Notes: generated from the sequence alone by a model not told the origin. Counted from the stretch's first letter, positions 12,851 through 28,215 are shown. The stretch is 64,000 bases of DNA from the human T2T-CHM13v2.0 reference genome, Homo sapiens (GCF_009914755.1 NC_060926.1), one strand, 5' to 3'. Made by a program: numbers and translations.

Positions 12851-15800
12851 AAGCCTGTTTTCCTGGACCCATGCTCTGTGGAGTGGGCAACCAGCAGGTA
12901 GAGACAAGAAGGAAAATGGGATGTCATGACCCCACTTGAAGGCAAGGTCACTAAGGCTCAGAGAGGACCAGTGTCTTGCTCAAGGTCACAGAGCACCTGT
13001 GTGACACAGCAGGACACATGCCCAGGTCTGTCTGACTGTCAAGCCCACACCTTTCCTGTCACCACACTGTCCTTCTGGAACATTCTTCCCCTGGGGAGAG
13101 CCATGGCCCTTCCACCTGCCAGCTCTGAGGGGGTATTGGCCTCTGTAAACAAAGTAATAAATAGCCCTGTGGGGCAGGCCGTGCAGCTATTAGGGTGACC
13201 CTGAAACGTTCCCAGAAAATGCCAGTAAGACCTTGGCCACCTAACCCGGAATGGCTGAAGAGTTAATTTTTTATTTGTGATAAGTGTGGCGGGCTCGGTG
13301 ACAGCTCCTTGAGTGGTGTTTCCTGTGACTGGTCTGGCGTTCAAACATTAACCTCTACCCCAGGGAGCTTAACCATTAACCCTGCACCCTCAACGGAGAG
13401 CCCCAGCAGCCCCTCCCCCCACACAGGTGTCAGGATAGAGTCTCGGTGCTGGGAGAGGCCCCCTGGACACCAGATCTAGGCCTTGGCCATTTCTCCTCTT
13501 AGTCTTTTAGGGGATTTTTCCTCAGACATCACACCCGCTCCACACTCCCAGATGGAGCCCTTGGCCCTGGCTTCTGACCCCCTCAGTGGGGCAGATCTGA
13601 AGACTTTTCCAGCAGGCAGAGTCCTTGGGCCTCTTTGGAGCTTTAAAACCATGTTTTCAAAGTAACAGATCCCCTTTCCTAAATGCACACTGCAGAAGGT
13701 CACTATGCAAAACAGATCCCAGTGACAGCTGTTTGTGATGGGTGGGGGGCCAGCTGAGCCACCCTTTCACCCACCTGCACGCTGGCCCTCCTTGGTTCAG
13801 CCGCCAGGGCCTGGCCAGACACCACAGCTCTTGCAAAGCCAGGGGAGCCCTTTTCTTAAGCAGAGTAAGGTCCGGAAGAGAGGGGTATGGTCAGGGCTTG
13901 CCCAGGTCCCCCCAGTGAGTGTGAGGCAGAAGTCAGGCAGGAATCCCCAGTGAGCTTTCTCAGCCCTGGATGCACGGTCAGGACCTGGCGGAAAGCGCTG
14001 GTTCACTGCATGGGGAGCCTTAGGGAAGAAAGATGACCGATTCTGCTCAGATCGGTCAACCTGGAATTGAGACATGGACGTGGGTGCAACTTCCCGGAGT
14101 AATGTGAATGTGCACTTGGCATTGGTAAGGTGACTGGGCAACAGGTTCGCAGAAGAGGCGCCACCCACAGGCAGGGCTGAGGGCCTAAGTGAACACCAGC
14201 CATTCATGGCAGAGGTCAGCTTGGCTGCACCGAAGGGCTGGGACAGAGAGGCCATGAGAGGAGCTTCTGCCTTCTTCAGGTAGTCATTCACTTATTCTCC
14301 ACAACAGCGTCATGAAGTTGATCAGATTATTTTCCCCACTTTAAAATGGGCACATTGAGGAGTGGGGAGAATCCTCTAGCCCAAGAGCCCCATAAAGGAA
14401 GAGTGGCACCGACTCCGGCTGACTCTATTTGCTTTCTGCCTGGCATTCAGCCCTGCTCATTTCGTCAGATCCAGCAGTGAGTGGCCTCACAGCAGACCCT
14501 CTGCCGCCACGGGGAGAGTCTTTTCCTCGAACCGTGAGAGCCCAACAGGAATGCTGGGTGCCCAGAGGGGAGCAGGAACCCCATCTGGCGTGGTCACTAG
14601 TCAGAGCCTGAGTGGGGCAGGCAGAGCCGGCTCACCACTCCATAGGGGAAGGCCAGGGAAGACAGGGACTCACCTCTCTCCCCCAAGGTTAGACCCTGGA
14701 AAGCATCCCTCCACCGGTGACCAGGACCACGTTGCTCGCCTCAGCTAATTTGTGACAAGTTGGGCAGCTGGTGGCATTTGTGTCCTCTGCGGGGGCCTCA
14801 CCTGCCTCCAAGGCTCCACCTCATCTCCCACTCTCTCCTTGGGGCCAGCTGTCTTTTGTTTTATCCTTTCTCCCTGCTCTCAGTCATGTATCTGCCCTCA
14901 TTCACTCAGTAAGTCAGTCAACAAACACACACTGAATACTCGGTCTGGCAAGCCCTGTGTCAAGCACTGAGGAAGAAAGAAGGCGACACTGTAGCTGCCT
15001 CAGGCTGGGGCAGGGACAGTCCAGGAAACACACCTTTACAGTGCAGTGCAGAGGTGCGAGACGAGAGAGAAACAGTATCCTGCAGGAGTCGGGGTAACTC
15101 GCTTGACCAGGGGAGCTATGGGCATTCAGACATCATTCCTAGAGGAGTCTGAAAAGGTGGGTAGCTTCAGAGGGAAGAAGATGGAGAATGGTGTTGTAGC
15201 AGAGCAGTCTGCATGTGCAAAGGTTGGAGGCAGGAAAGAAATGGACAGGCAGGAAATTGCAAGCAATTTGGTTGACAGTTGAGCTGATTGGCAGTGTTTG
15301 GGGTGGAGATGTGGACAGGGGCCAAGTCAGGAGCTGGGCCTCATCCTGGAACCACTGGAGAACAGTGGGACATTTTAAACACATGTTATGTTAAAATAAT
15401 CATCCCTTACTTCTCCGTGTAAACGAAAGTTCACCATCAGCCCCACCAGAGACTCCGCATTCTAGGCCCTATCTCACAGGGCTGCTGTCATTGGAATTTC
15501 AGGCATTGTCCTTGGGGACAGGAGGTGGGGGACACCCACAATTTGGCTGCACCTCTGGCTGGCCTTGTTGGTGCCTTGCTTCCTGCTGTCCCAGACGCAG
15601 TTTCCGGGGGTAGCAGGAAATCAGAAGGCTCTCTTTGGTGCCCCCATGAATGCCATAAGACCATGGTCTAGCTCCCCAAGTGCAGTCGGAGCCAGAGGGA
15701 AAGTGCAGTCAGGTAGAGGGAAAGCAAAGGCTCAAACTGTGGGAGAGATGTCTGTTCTGTCCCTGTCCCTTGCGCAGTGGCCGAGTGCATGGGCTAAAGC

Positions 15801-16949
15801 ACATTTGCAGCATCCATGCTGCTGCCTCCGCTGCTCACAAACCCTCATGTTCCTCTGCTTCCAGCTGCTCCTGACAAATGAGGGCCGGGAGTGCTCCAGG
15901 CTGGCTCCTGGGTTCTCTTCCCTTCCCGCTCCTGCACTCTCCTGGTGCAACCTCAGCCTCACCTGCCGCCTATGCGGAGGTTTATCCCCAGCCTTCATCC
16001 CCACTCTGAAGTCTCACCTCTACACGTCTAAAACTACATGTGTGATTTTTTATCTCCTCTCCTCCAAAATGCTGATCTTCCTTTATTCCTTCCTCCAATT
16101 GCTCAAGTCAAACACCTGGGGGCCATCCTGGATTCTCCATCTCTCACCTCATTCCCAGTCCAGCTCATCACCATGTGTGGTCAGTGTCCCCACCCACACA
16201 GCTCTGCCACGGGGGTGTACCTCTCCAGCCCTTGCAGTGGAACCTGCTTGTAACTCCTTAGCCTTAACCTTTTCTGGGCACACCAATCTCACTTTCACCC
16301 ACTGGCCCAGTATCCCTTTGTCTGGGGGCTTTCTCTAGCTACTGATTGTCCCTAAGCACAGCAGGCTGGAAGTGCAAGGGAATGAAAACTGCTCGCTCTG
16401 AAGCAGCCCCATCTCTGACTGACAGGGCACTGGTGGATGCATCCTCCAGCTCCTGTGCGACTTGGAGGCGTGTGTTCCACAAGTGCCCACAGTGATGATG
16501 CAACATTTGCCAGCTTTCTTCTCTTCCCTGTCTCGGTTCCCAGTCCTACAGATCTGGCCTGGAATCACCTGCTTCTGGGGAATCCAAACAATGACATCGT
16601 ATCCAGTCCCAATGATCATATCTCTTGCCTAGACCACCAGGCTCACAGCGAGTCTCTCTGAACTACTCATGTCCTTTTCCAGTTCACCTCCCACACTGTG
16701 GCAGAGGTGATCTTTTCATAATGCAGACGGTAACACTCCTGGCCTCCTAAGACTCTCCAAGGCTTTTGCTTCTCTTAGGATAGGATGAAAATCCCCCAAG
16801 GGATGATGAGCCCCTGTGGTCTCATCCTGCAGCAGGATCCCTCATGTCTGTGCCCAGCAACCACCAGTCAGGCTCCGGCCTTGGCTCAAACGTCATTTCC
16901 TCAAGAAAGCCCTCGTGGAGGCCCAGGCCAGGTGAAGCCTCCTGATTAG

Positions 16950-17650
<701 letters not shown>

Positions 17651-18049
17651 TGAAGGTACAGCAGCCATTATATGACCATGAGGACAGAAGCCACACATTC
17701 AGGCAAAAGAGAGGAATCTGGAATATGGCAACATCTTGGAACTTTGCTCCAGCTCTTTTTGTAATATGCAACAAATAAATTCCTGTCTGGTGAAACCAGT
17801 GTATCAGGCTCCTGCCACACACTGCAAAACGCATTCCTAAGTGATGAGAGCACAGCCGACAACGCTTGTTTCTCACCACTCACCTGACACCACCAAGTGC
17901 TAAATAAGCATTCTTTGAATGAATGCTTTTCATTTCACACCAACTCCATAAAATAGATGTCAAAACTGAGGCCTTGTTCAAGATCAGTCTGTCTAATTTA
18001 AAAGCCTGGGTTCTGTTTATTTTTCTTTCCCGCTGTCTTTCTTTTCAAA

Positions 18050-18341
18050 TGGAAGAAAAATCATATAACATAACACTAACCATTAACCATTTAAAGTGTA
18101 CAATTTAGTGGTTTAGTACCTTCATAATAAAATATTGTGGAAACATCACCTCTATCTAGTTCTAACACATTTTTACCAATTCCAAAAGGAAACCTGTACC
18201 CCTCAAGCAATCACTTCCCATTGTTCCTTCCTTCAGCCTTGGCAAGCACTAATCTAATTTGTCTCTACAGGTTTGGCTCATCTGCACATTTTATATCAGT
18301 GAAATCATACAGTGTGTTCCTTTATTTTACTTTTTTAATAT

Positions 18342-18384
<43 letters not shown>

Positions 18385-18900
18385 TTTTGAGACAGAGTCT
18401 CACTCTGTCACCCAGGCTGGAGTGCAATGACATGATCTCTGCAGCCTCTACCTCCCGTGCTCAAGCGATTCTCCTGCCTCAGCTTCCTGAGTAGCTGGAA
18501 TTACAGGTGCCCACCACCATGCTGGCTAATTTTTGTATTTTTAATAGAGATGGGGTTTCACCATGTTGGCCAGGCTGGTCTTGAACTCCCGACCTCAAAT
18601 AATCTGTGCACCTTGGCCTCCCAAAGTGCTGGGATTACAGGCGTGAGCCACTGCACCCAGCCACAATGTGTGTCCTTTTGTATCTGGCTTGTTTCACTTA
18701 GCATTATGTTTCAAGGTTTGTCCATGCTGTAGAACATATCATCACTTCTTTCTTTTAAAGGCTGAATAATATCCCATTGGATGGATAAACCACATTTTGT
18801 TTATCCATTCGTCAGTTGATGGGCATTAGGGGTGTTTCCACTTCTTCATCCTTGTGAAGGGGGCTGTTATGAACATCCATGTACAGATGTCCATTTGAAC
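18050..18900 (-). mobile_element. L1MB-like 3' end interrupted by an Alu (18338-18662, minus, (TTTA)n tail)
   Basis: ccacattttgtttatccattc, tggcttgtttcacttagcat motifs; Alu consensus in the middle. Confidence 0.75.
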
Positions 18901-19042
18901 CCTGGCAGTGGGTTCTTAATGCTATACCCCTCCTTATCCTTAGATGACAGAGAGCAAAGATGAGACGTTTAGTAAGGGAATAAAAATAAAGTTAACATTT
19001 AAATATAAACTTAGTGCTTAAAGTGTTGATTAATAATAATAA

Positions 19043-19486
<444 letters not shown>

Positions 19487-19933
19487 TAAATAATTTGCCT
19501 GTGTTCACACAGCCGGTGAGTGTCACCTAGCAGGCAGGCCACACTACTGTGGACCCAGGCTGCCTTTCCTACTACCTCACTCATGGAGCTGGCAGGGAGG
19601 TGGGAGGATGAATGAGAGGAGAACTGTCTTGCAGAGAAATTCCCACCAAGCTCTTACGTTGGCCAAGTCAGCATGCAGAAGCTGATGATAGGAAAACACC
19701 GGCTATGTTTACTTGCCCAGAGAAAGGAAGAGTGGTGAGGATCTGGCTTTGGGGTCCATGCGATCTGCTCACCAGAACCACTCCAGCCCTGCCCCACCAG
19801 CTGATTGTCTGAGTGAGAAAAGCTGGACCAGCCTCCCACATCCCATCCTGGCCCAGGATAAGCTCCCCCTGCCCAGCAGGACCGGACATGCTCCACCCCC
19901 AAGAGAGGACATGGGCTGTGGCAAGCCTCATAC

Positions 19934-20054
19934 CTGGCACTGGCTGCTCCGTGCCCAGGTCTCCTGTCTGCTCTCTGGAGAGTTCCTGCAGGCACTGGTC
20001 TTGCTCTTCCCACAGCACTTGTAGCACGTCACATAGTCGGGGAAGGGCTCCAGT
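19934..20054 (-). CDS. SCTR: Secretin receptor coding exon 2 (121 nt, [40 protein letters not shown])
   Basis: Acceptor ttgcag|ACT and donor CCAG|GTATGA; peptide visible in ORF 19668..20066; phase 0 to 1. Confidence 0.97.
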
Positions 20055-20439
20055 CTGCAAGTCCAAAACCAGGGATGCTCATCATTGCCACTAACTCAAT
20101 TTTGCCACATGGGGGAGAATGGGGCAAGACAATGCAGATTCAATGGGGATTCAAGTAAAGCAAAGCCCTTGCCTGCAAGGATCTCCTGGTCTGCAGGAAA
20201 GGTGGAGGCAGCCACTCCTGGGAGAGAATTCAGAACACAGCTGGGAAAGCTGGGATGTGCAAATCATCTGTGGCTTGTCCACTGCAAATTTTGCTTTTAA
20301 GTTTATGAAGGCTCCTGAGCCCAACAAGCTGTTTGCTTTCTCAGCATCTTATTCTACATCTGTGGGACTTACTTTATGCTACTCCAACTGTGTGAGTGTT
20401 TTCTTTTTTGAAAGCTTAGTGTTTTTTGTTTTCTTTGGT

Positions 20440-20757
20440 CTTGTTTTCTATTTTTCTAGAGACAGGGTCGTTCTCTGTCACTCAGGCTGGAGTGCAGTGG
20501 TGTGATCATAGCTCACTGCAGCCTTGATCTCCTGGGCTCAAGCAATCCTCCCACCTCAGTGCTCCCAGCAGCTAGGACTACAGGCCAGGCATGTGCCACC
20601 ATGCCTGGATATAGATTTACACACACACACACACAAATGCAAACACACACACACAGATATATATACACACACATAAAAGAGAGAAGGGGGTCTCTCTATG
20701 TTGCCCAGACTGGTATCAAACTCCTGGGATTATAGGCATGAGCCACTGTGTCCAGCC
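20440..20757 (-). mobile_element. Old Alu (J-type) whose middle linker has expanded into (CA)n/(TA)n
   Basis: Alu arms flank acacacac... at 20619-20673. Confidence 0.85.
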
Positions 20758-20926
20758 TGAAAACCTAGTTTTGATTCAGACAAGTTCTTTAAAATGTACA
20801 CTTAACCATCTTCTTGTCCCACAGAAGAGCGCATAATCACACCTAGAACAGCGACTGCAGGGAGGAGTTGGACAGGAGAGTGGAGGAGGGACTGGCACTC
20901 AGCTGTGACTTCCTCACTCTTTCCAG

Positions 20927-21009
20927 TGGCACACAGCTCACGTACTACTGCTCTTGTCCTCTTCCTTGTGGGGTCTCACCTGGTTCTTGCTGAAGCCCAT
21001 AGTCTCTGG
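20927..21009. repeat. Copy 1 of an 83-bp local direct duplication
   Basis: 79/83 identical to 21541-21623. Confidence 0.92.
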
Positions 21010-21540
21010 AAATTCCAACATAATGGAGCAGGGAGAGAAGACCCTGGAGACAAAGCCACATTCCAAATTGGCCCAAGTAATCAAAAGTTCTGGGCCAGAG
21101 AAGGACAGCTAAGGTAGCACTATGGTCAAATGGCTCAGAGGCAAGTAGAAGTCATCTTCTGATTAGCTCCTATTCAGGATCTTCCACATGTTACCACCCT
21201 TCACTAGTGCTATCGGAAAGGATCTACCAGCTGCAGCAACTGCTCCTCTCCCCGACTCCATGACACCAACTGACCAAGGTTTATGTTCCCCATGAAAAAC
21301 ACATCACCTCCCCTGGCCCAGAGCTTGTGATCAGTCATGGCCGGCTGTTGCAGAAACACCTGGGCCCAGCCAGCTCTAGGATCATAGAATGCTCATTCTT
21401 TCCCCACCTCTCAGCCTTAAGTTTCCATTTACTCTCGACACCATACAGCAAATGTGTTAATCATGTTGTTTGTCATTTAGACTCTTGATTGGAACAGGCA
21501 GTTTCCCTAAGAATATAGCAGTTGTCAAGAGAGCTGGCAT

Positions 21541-21623
21541 TGGCACACAGCTCACGCACTCCTGCTCTTGTCTTCTTCCTTGTGGGGTCTCACCTGGTTC
21601 TTGCCGAAGCCCATAGTCTCTGG
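21541..21623. repeat. Copy 2 of an 83-bp local direct duplication
   Basis: 79/83 identical to 20927-21009; offset 614 nt. Confidence 0.92.
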
Positions 21624-24600
21624 CACCCTCTGGCTTCTCAGTGGAGGAAGTGGAAGAGCTTGAGTGGAAAAATCCACCTAGAGATTGGCAGGCACTGCCT
21701 GTTAGTTCACTGGTCAGCACACATGCTGTTCAGAGCTGCTTAGAAATTAACATGACTCTCAACAGGACAGAAAGTGCTGGAGGTAGTGAGACCAGGTATA
21801 ACCTTTTAAGTAATTTAAGGAATTGTAGATGGTAAGTGTCACAGAAATGTTCATACCCTTTGGCCAACTAACTGTACTTCTGGGAATCCATCCCACATGT
21901 GGGGAAAGCTTTATATAGACAGATTCTGTCACAGCTTTATATATAATATAGAAAAAAAAGACAGACTTCTGCTTCCAGAAAAATGGGTTAGATGTACTTT
22001 TCCCTATTACGTCTACTAAGTGCAAATAAGATCCTGGACATTATATACAAAACAAACATAAGAAGACTCTGAAAAGTGGAAGAAGAAGACAGATGGACTA
22101 GGGGCCCTGGAGCCCAAGAATGACCCAGTGGTGAGTCCCACCTCATATATCACAGGACTGGAGCTGAAGATGTTGGCAATAAGGAAGCACTGCCAGATAG
22201 TGACAAAAACAACCCCAGCAAATGCCTGATCTTTAGCCAACGACCAGGAAAGGGGCATCTAGCGAAACAGAAAACTTTTAGCCAATAACCACCCTACTCC
22301 TGCCAACCACCACAGAAAACCTGTGGCCCCACTCCCACATCCCTGGAAAGGTGAAGTAGGGAGTCCGGACCCCCACCCTTGCCAAGCCATAACTGGTAAC
22401 CAGCCTTGGTGATGTTAGGAGGTGATACGTGTGTTTCACAGAGACTGCAAACTCTGGCCAGGGCAGTGCCAGAGAGGCCAAATAGGAGCTGTAACTTTCA
22501 TCCCTGCTGTGTGGTAATGAAGTCTCCCCCAACCCATGATATCAGTGGAAACTAGACTACTACCCTAGTTCAGAAGTAACAAGGTCCTCCTCTTCATGTC
22601 TTCACCAGAAGGTGTCAGAGAAGTCCTAATGGAGAGTTGGGGTTTCCACTACCACCGAGTGGCACTGTGGCCACCCCCACTGCTGTGTCAGTGGAGACTG
22701 TGTGTGGAGCTGATACTCCCACCCCACACTTATCATCAGTCACTAGGCTCCTCCCCCACTCTGCAGGTGTCAAATAAGGCAGAGTGGGAACGTTGGACTT
22801 CTATTTTCACCTGGTCATAAGAAGGGAGCACCCATTCCCCCCACTTCCCCTCTCAAAAAAAAAAAAGCTAACTAAAAGAGAAGGCTTGAATAAGATCCAC
22901 AGTTCCATAACATAAAATGAAAATGTCTATCTTTCATCATATCAAGAACCAGGAAGATTTCAAACTGGATGAGAAAAACATAATTAACAGATGCCAACAC
23001 TGAGATGATAGAGTTGTTAGAATGATCTGACAAAGATTTTAAAGCATTATGAACATGCTAGAAACAAATGTAGAAATACAAACATCAGCAAAAAGGAAAG
23101 GAAAGGAAGGAAGGAAGGAAGGCAGGAAGGCAGGCAGGCAGGCAGGCAGGCTAAGCAAAGAAATAAAAGATATAAAGAAGAATCAAATGGAAATTTTAGA
23201 AGTGAAAAAGATAATAAACAAAATAAGCTCCGTGGATGGGCTCAAAAGCAGAATGATGGTGATGGAAGGAAGGGTGGATAGAGAAAAGAAGCAATGACCT
23301 AGAAGATAGAACACTAGAAATTACACAACCTGAACAACAGAGAGAAAATAAACTGAAAATAAAAATTAAGAAACCTTGAGGAACCTGATGGGGATTATAA
23401 CAAAATACCTAGCATTCATTTCTTAGGAGTTTCAGAAGGAGAGGAGAAAGAGGGTGGAGTTGAAAAAAGTACTCCAAAAAATAATGGCTGAAAACTTCCC
23501 AAATTTGGCAAGAGACATACACTTGTAGACTGAAGAACACAAACCAGCCCTAAAGAAGATAAATCCTTAAAAGTCCACACCAAGGCACATTATTTTTGAA
23601 AACTAAAGACTAAGAAAAAACCTAGAAAGCAGCCAGAGAAAAACTACACTTTATCTAAAGGGGGAAAACAGTTAAGATGACAACTGGTTTTCCATCAGAA
23701 GTTACAGGAAGATGGCACAATATTTTTAAAGTGCTGAAAGAAAAGTATTGTCAACCATGAATCCTATACTCAGTAAAAATATCCTCCAGGAATGAAGGGG
23801 AAATCAAGACATTCTCAAATAAGAAAAAGTAAAAGAATTTGTTGCCAGTAGACTCACCCTAAAAGAATGGCTAAAAGAACTTCTCTAAATATAAAGAAAA
23901 AGTTAAAGAAGGAAAACTGTAACATTAGCAAGGAAGAAGAACACAGTAAGCAAAAATGTGGGTAAATGCGATAGGTTTTCCTTCTCTTCAGTTTTCTAAA
24001 TTATGTTAATGATTGAAGCAAAAATTACAACACTGTCTGATTTTATTCTAAATGTATATCAACTACATATTTAAGACAAGTATATTACAAATGCGGGATG
24101 ATAAAGGGACAAAAATAGAGATAAGATTCTATACTATCCTTGAACTGGGAGCATGAGAACACCAGTAGCCTATTATAAGTTATGTATGTATAATGGAATA
24201 TCTAAGAGCAACTTAAAAAGCTGCTTAAAGAGATACACTCAAAAGCACTGTAGATAAATCAAAATAGAATTTTAAAAATTGTTCAACTAACCCACAAGAA
24301 GGCAGAGAAAAGTAAACTAAGAAATAAAAATCTTAGAGAACAAATATAAAACAAAAAATAAAAAGGCAGATTGAAGCCCTCACATATCAATAGTGACATT
24401 AAATGTAAATGGTCTAAACACACCAATTTTAAAAAGAGAGACTGGCATATTGGATTTTAAAACATGATTAAACTATACACTGTCTACAAGAAACTCACTG
24501 TAAATATAATCTAGGCAGGTTGAAAGGACAGAAAAATATATATTATGTAAACATTAATCAAAGAAATCAGGAGTGACTATATTAATGTAAGATAAAGTAC

Positions 24601-26634
24601 AGTGTAGAGCAAAAACAATAACCAGAAACAGAAAGACACATTACATAATGATAAAAAAAGGCAAGCTATCAAAAAATACATAGCAATGGTAAATGTGTAT
24701 GCACCAAACAATCATGCTGTAAAATATGTGAAACAAAAACTGATAGAACTGAAAGGAGAAATAGGCAAATCTACAATTTTAGTTGGAGACTACACACTCT
24801 TCTCTTAACAATGGATAGAATAACTAGACAGAAAATCAGCAAGGATCTAGGAAAACACCATTAACAAAGACAATCTAATTAACGTTTATAGAACATTTCA
24901 CCCAACAACAGCAGAATACACATTTTAATCAAGTGCTCATGGAACATTTATCAAGCAGATCATGTTGTGGGCCATAAAACAAAACACAACAAATTTAAAA
25001 GAACTGAAATCATATACAATGTGTTCTCTGACCACAATGAAAACAAATTAAAAATAAATAACAGAAAGAAAAATGGAAAATCTCCAAACACTTGGAAATG
25101 AAGCAACACACTTCTAAACAATCCATGAGTTTAATATTGAAAATGAATCAATGTAATTTATCGTATTAACAGCTGAAGAAAAATCACATGATCATATCAA
25201 TAGAGGCAGAAAAATTATTTGAGAAAATTCAATGTCCATTAATGAAAAAACTCTCAGAAAAATAGGAACAGAGGGGAGCTTCTTCAACTTGATAAAGAGC
25301 ATCCAAAAAAAACCTACAGCTAAAACCATACTTAATGTTGACATTTCTTGCCTTAAGGATGGCAAGATGTCTACTCTCACAATTCTTATGCAACACAATA
25401 TTGGAAGTCTTAGCCAATGCAATAAGACAAGAAAAAGAAATAAAGGCATACAGATAAGAAGGAGGAACACATACATATACATAAGACACTCAGACAACTC
25501 AATAGCAAAAATAAATATACACTTCAATTTAAAAATGGGCAAAAGGACTAAATAGACTTTTCTCAAAAGAAGACATACAAATGGCAGCAGGTATATGAAA
25601 AATGCTCAACATCACTAATCATTAGAAAAATGCAAATCAAAACCACAATGAGACAGTATTTCACCCCAGTTAGGACTAAACTAAAAAGTGTAGTCCTAAA
25701 AGTTTAGTCCTTAAAAAGACAAAAAGTACTAAATGTTGGCAAGGATGAGAAGAAGGGGAATGCTTGTATACTGCTGATGGGATGAATTGTAGTACAGCTA
25801 TTATGGAAAACAGTATGGAGGTTTCTCAAAAAACTAAAAATAGAACTACCATATGATCCAGGAATTTCACTTCTGGGTATATATCCAAAAGAAAGGAAAT
25901 CAGTATGTCAAAGAGATATATGCAGTCTCATGTTTATTGCAGCACTATTCACAATAGCCAAGATATGGAATCAACCTAAGTACCCATCAGCAGATGAGTA
26001 GATAAAGAAAATGTGGTATATATACACAGAGGAATATTATTCAGCCATAAAAATCAATGAAATCCTGTCATTTGTGGCAACACAGTTGGAAATGGAGGTC
26101 ATTATGCTAAGTGAAATATGCCAAGCACAAAAAGACAAAAAAAATCACATGTTCTCACTCATACATGGGAACTAAAAAGGTGGATCACATGAAGATAGAG
26201 ACTAGATGGGTGGTTACCAGAGGCTGGGAAGGGTAGGGGAGAAAAGGGGTTGAAGAGAGGTTGAATAATGGGTACAAATATAGTTTTGATAGAAGAAATA
26301 TGACTTAGTGTTTGATAGATCAGTAGGGTGACTATAGTTTAAAATAATCTGTTGTATATTTCAAAATAGCTAGAAGACAATAATTTCAATATTTCTAGCA
26401 TTAAGAAAAGACAAATATTTAAGGTGATGGCTATCCCAACTACACTGATTTGATCTTTACAAATTATATGAATGTATATGATTATCACATGAACCCCCAA
26501 AATATATATATCTAAATGTGTCAATTAAAAAAATTTAATAACAAAAGGTTGAAAAAGAAAAGAAGTAAGCCAGACACAAAAAGACAAATATTGCATGTTG
26601 TCACTAGCATGTAGGAGCTTAAAAAGTGGATCTT

Positions 26635-26962
<328 letters not shown>

Positions 26963-27479
26963 TTACCACCTGCTGGGAAGGGTGGGGGAGGAAAGGATGA
27001 ACAGATGTTGGTTAATGGGTACAAAAATACAGTTAGGTAGAAGGAATAAGTTCTAGCCTTTGATAATATAAGTAGGGAGATGATAGTTAGCAATAATTTA
27101 TCATACATTTCAAAGTAGCTAGAAGAATTGTAATGTTTCCAACAAAAAGAAAAGATAAATGTTTGAGGAGATAAATATCCCAATTACCCTGACTTGATCA
27201 TAACATATTGTATACCTGCATCGAAATATCACAATTACCTCCAAAATATGTAAAACTATGATACACCAATCAAAAAATACAAAGAAGAAGAAGAAGAAAA
27301 ACCTATTTGCAGATAACATGACTGTCTACATAGAAAATCCCAAGGAATCTACCAAAAAAAAATCCTAGAACTAAAAAGTATATTCAGGAAGGTCTCAGGA
27401 TAAAAACTAAACACACACAAACAAATTGTATTTCTATATACTTGCAGTGAGCACATGCACAGTGAATTAAAAACCCAGT

Positions 27480-27765
27480 GGCCAGGCGTAGTGGCTCATG
27501 CCTGTAATCATAGCACTTTGGGCGGCCAAGGTAGGTGGATTGCTTGAATCCAGGAGTTCAAGACCAACCTGGGCAAGATGTCAAAACCCCATTTCTACAA
27601 AAAATACAAAAATTAGTTGGGTGTGGTGTCATGAGCCCGTAGTCCCAGATACTTGGAAGGCTGAGGCAGGAGGCTTAAGCCCATGAGGTTGAGGCTGCAG
27701 TGAACAGAGATTGCACCACTGCTCTCCAGACTCAGAGACAGAGTGAGACCCTGTCTCAAAAAAAA
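27480..27765 (+). mobile_element. Alu (J-type)
   Basis: Diverged Alu consensus with A tail. Confidence 0.9.
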
Positions 27766-28215
27766 GAAAATACAGTATCACTCAGAATCAATTAAAAAAA
27801 GAGATGCTTAGGCATAAATCCAGCAAAACATGTGCAGAATTTATATGCTGAGAACAACATAATGCTGATAAAAGGAATCAGAAGTCTAAATAAATGAAGA
27901 GACATACCATGTTCATGGATTAGAAGACTTGACATAGTAAAGATGTCAGTTCTTTCCAAACTATGTTTAACACAATTCCTATCAAAATCCCAGCAAGTGT
28001 TTTGGAGATACAAAGATTATTCTAAAATTTATGTAGAAAAGCAAAAGAATGAGAATACCTAAAAGAGGTGTTTTTTTTTAAGAAGTGAAATTAATTATTC
28101 ATAAGTGCTAAAACCAGGAATCAACTAGGACTTCCTTCTATAGGTCAATGGATAAACAGATCATAATACAGACATACAATTGATGATTATCCAGTGATAA
28201 AATAAAGGAATGAGC

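Noticed and set aside
15565-16338. 257-aa plus-strand ORF, the longest in the track
   Set aside because: Non-ATG start, overlaps degenerate L2-like sequence, Leu/Ser/Cys-rich with no recognisable domain
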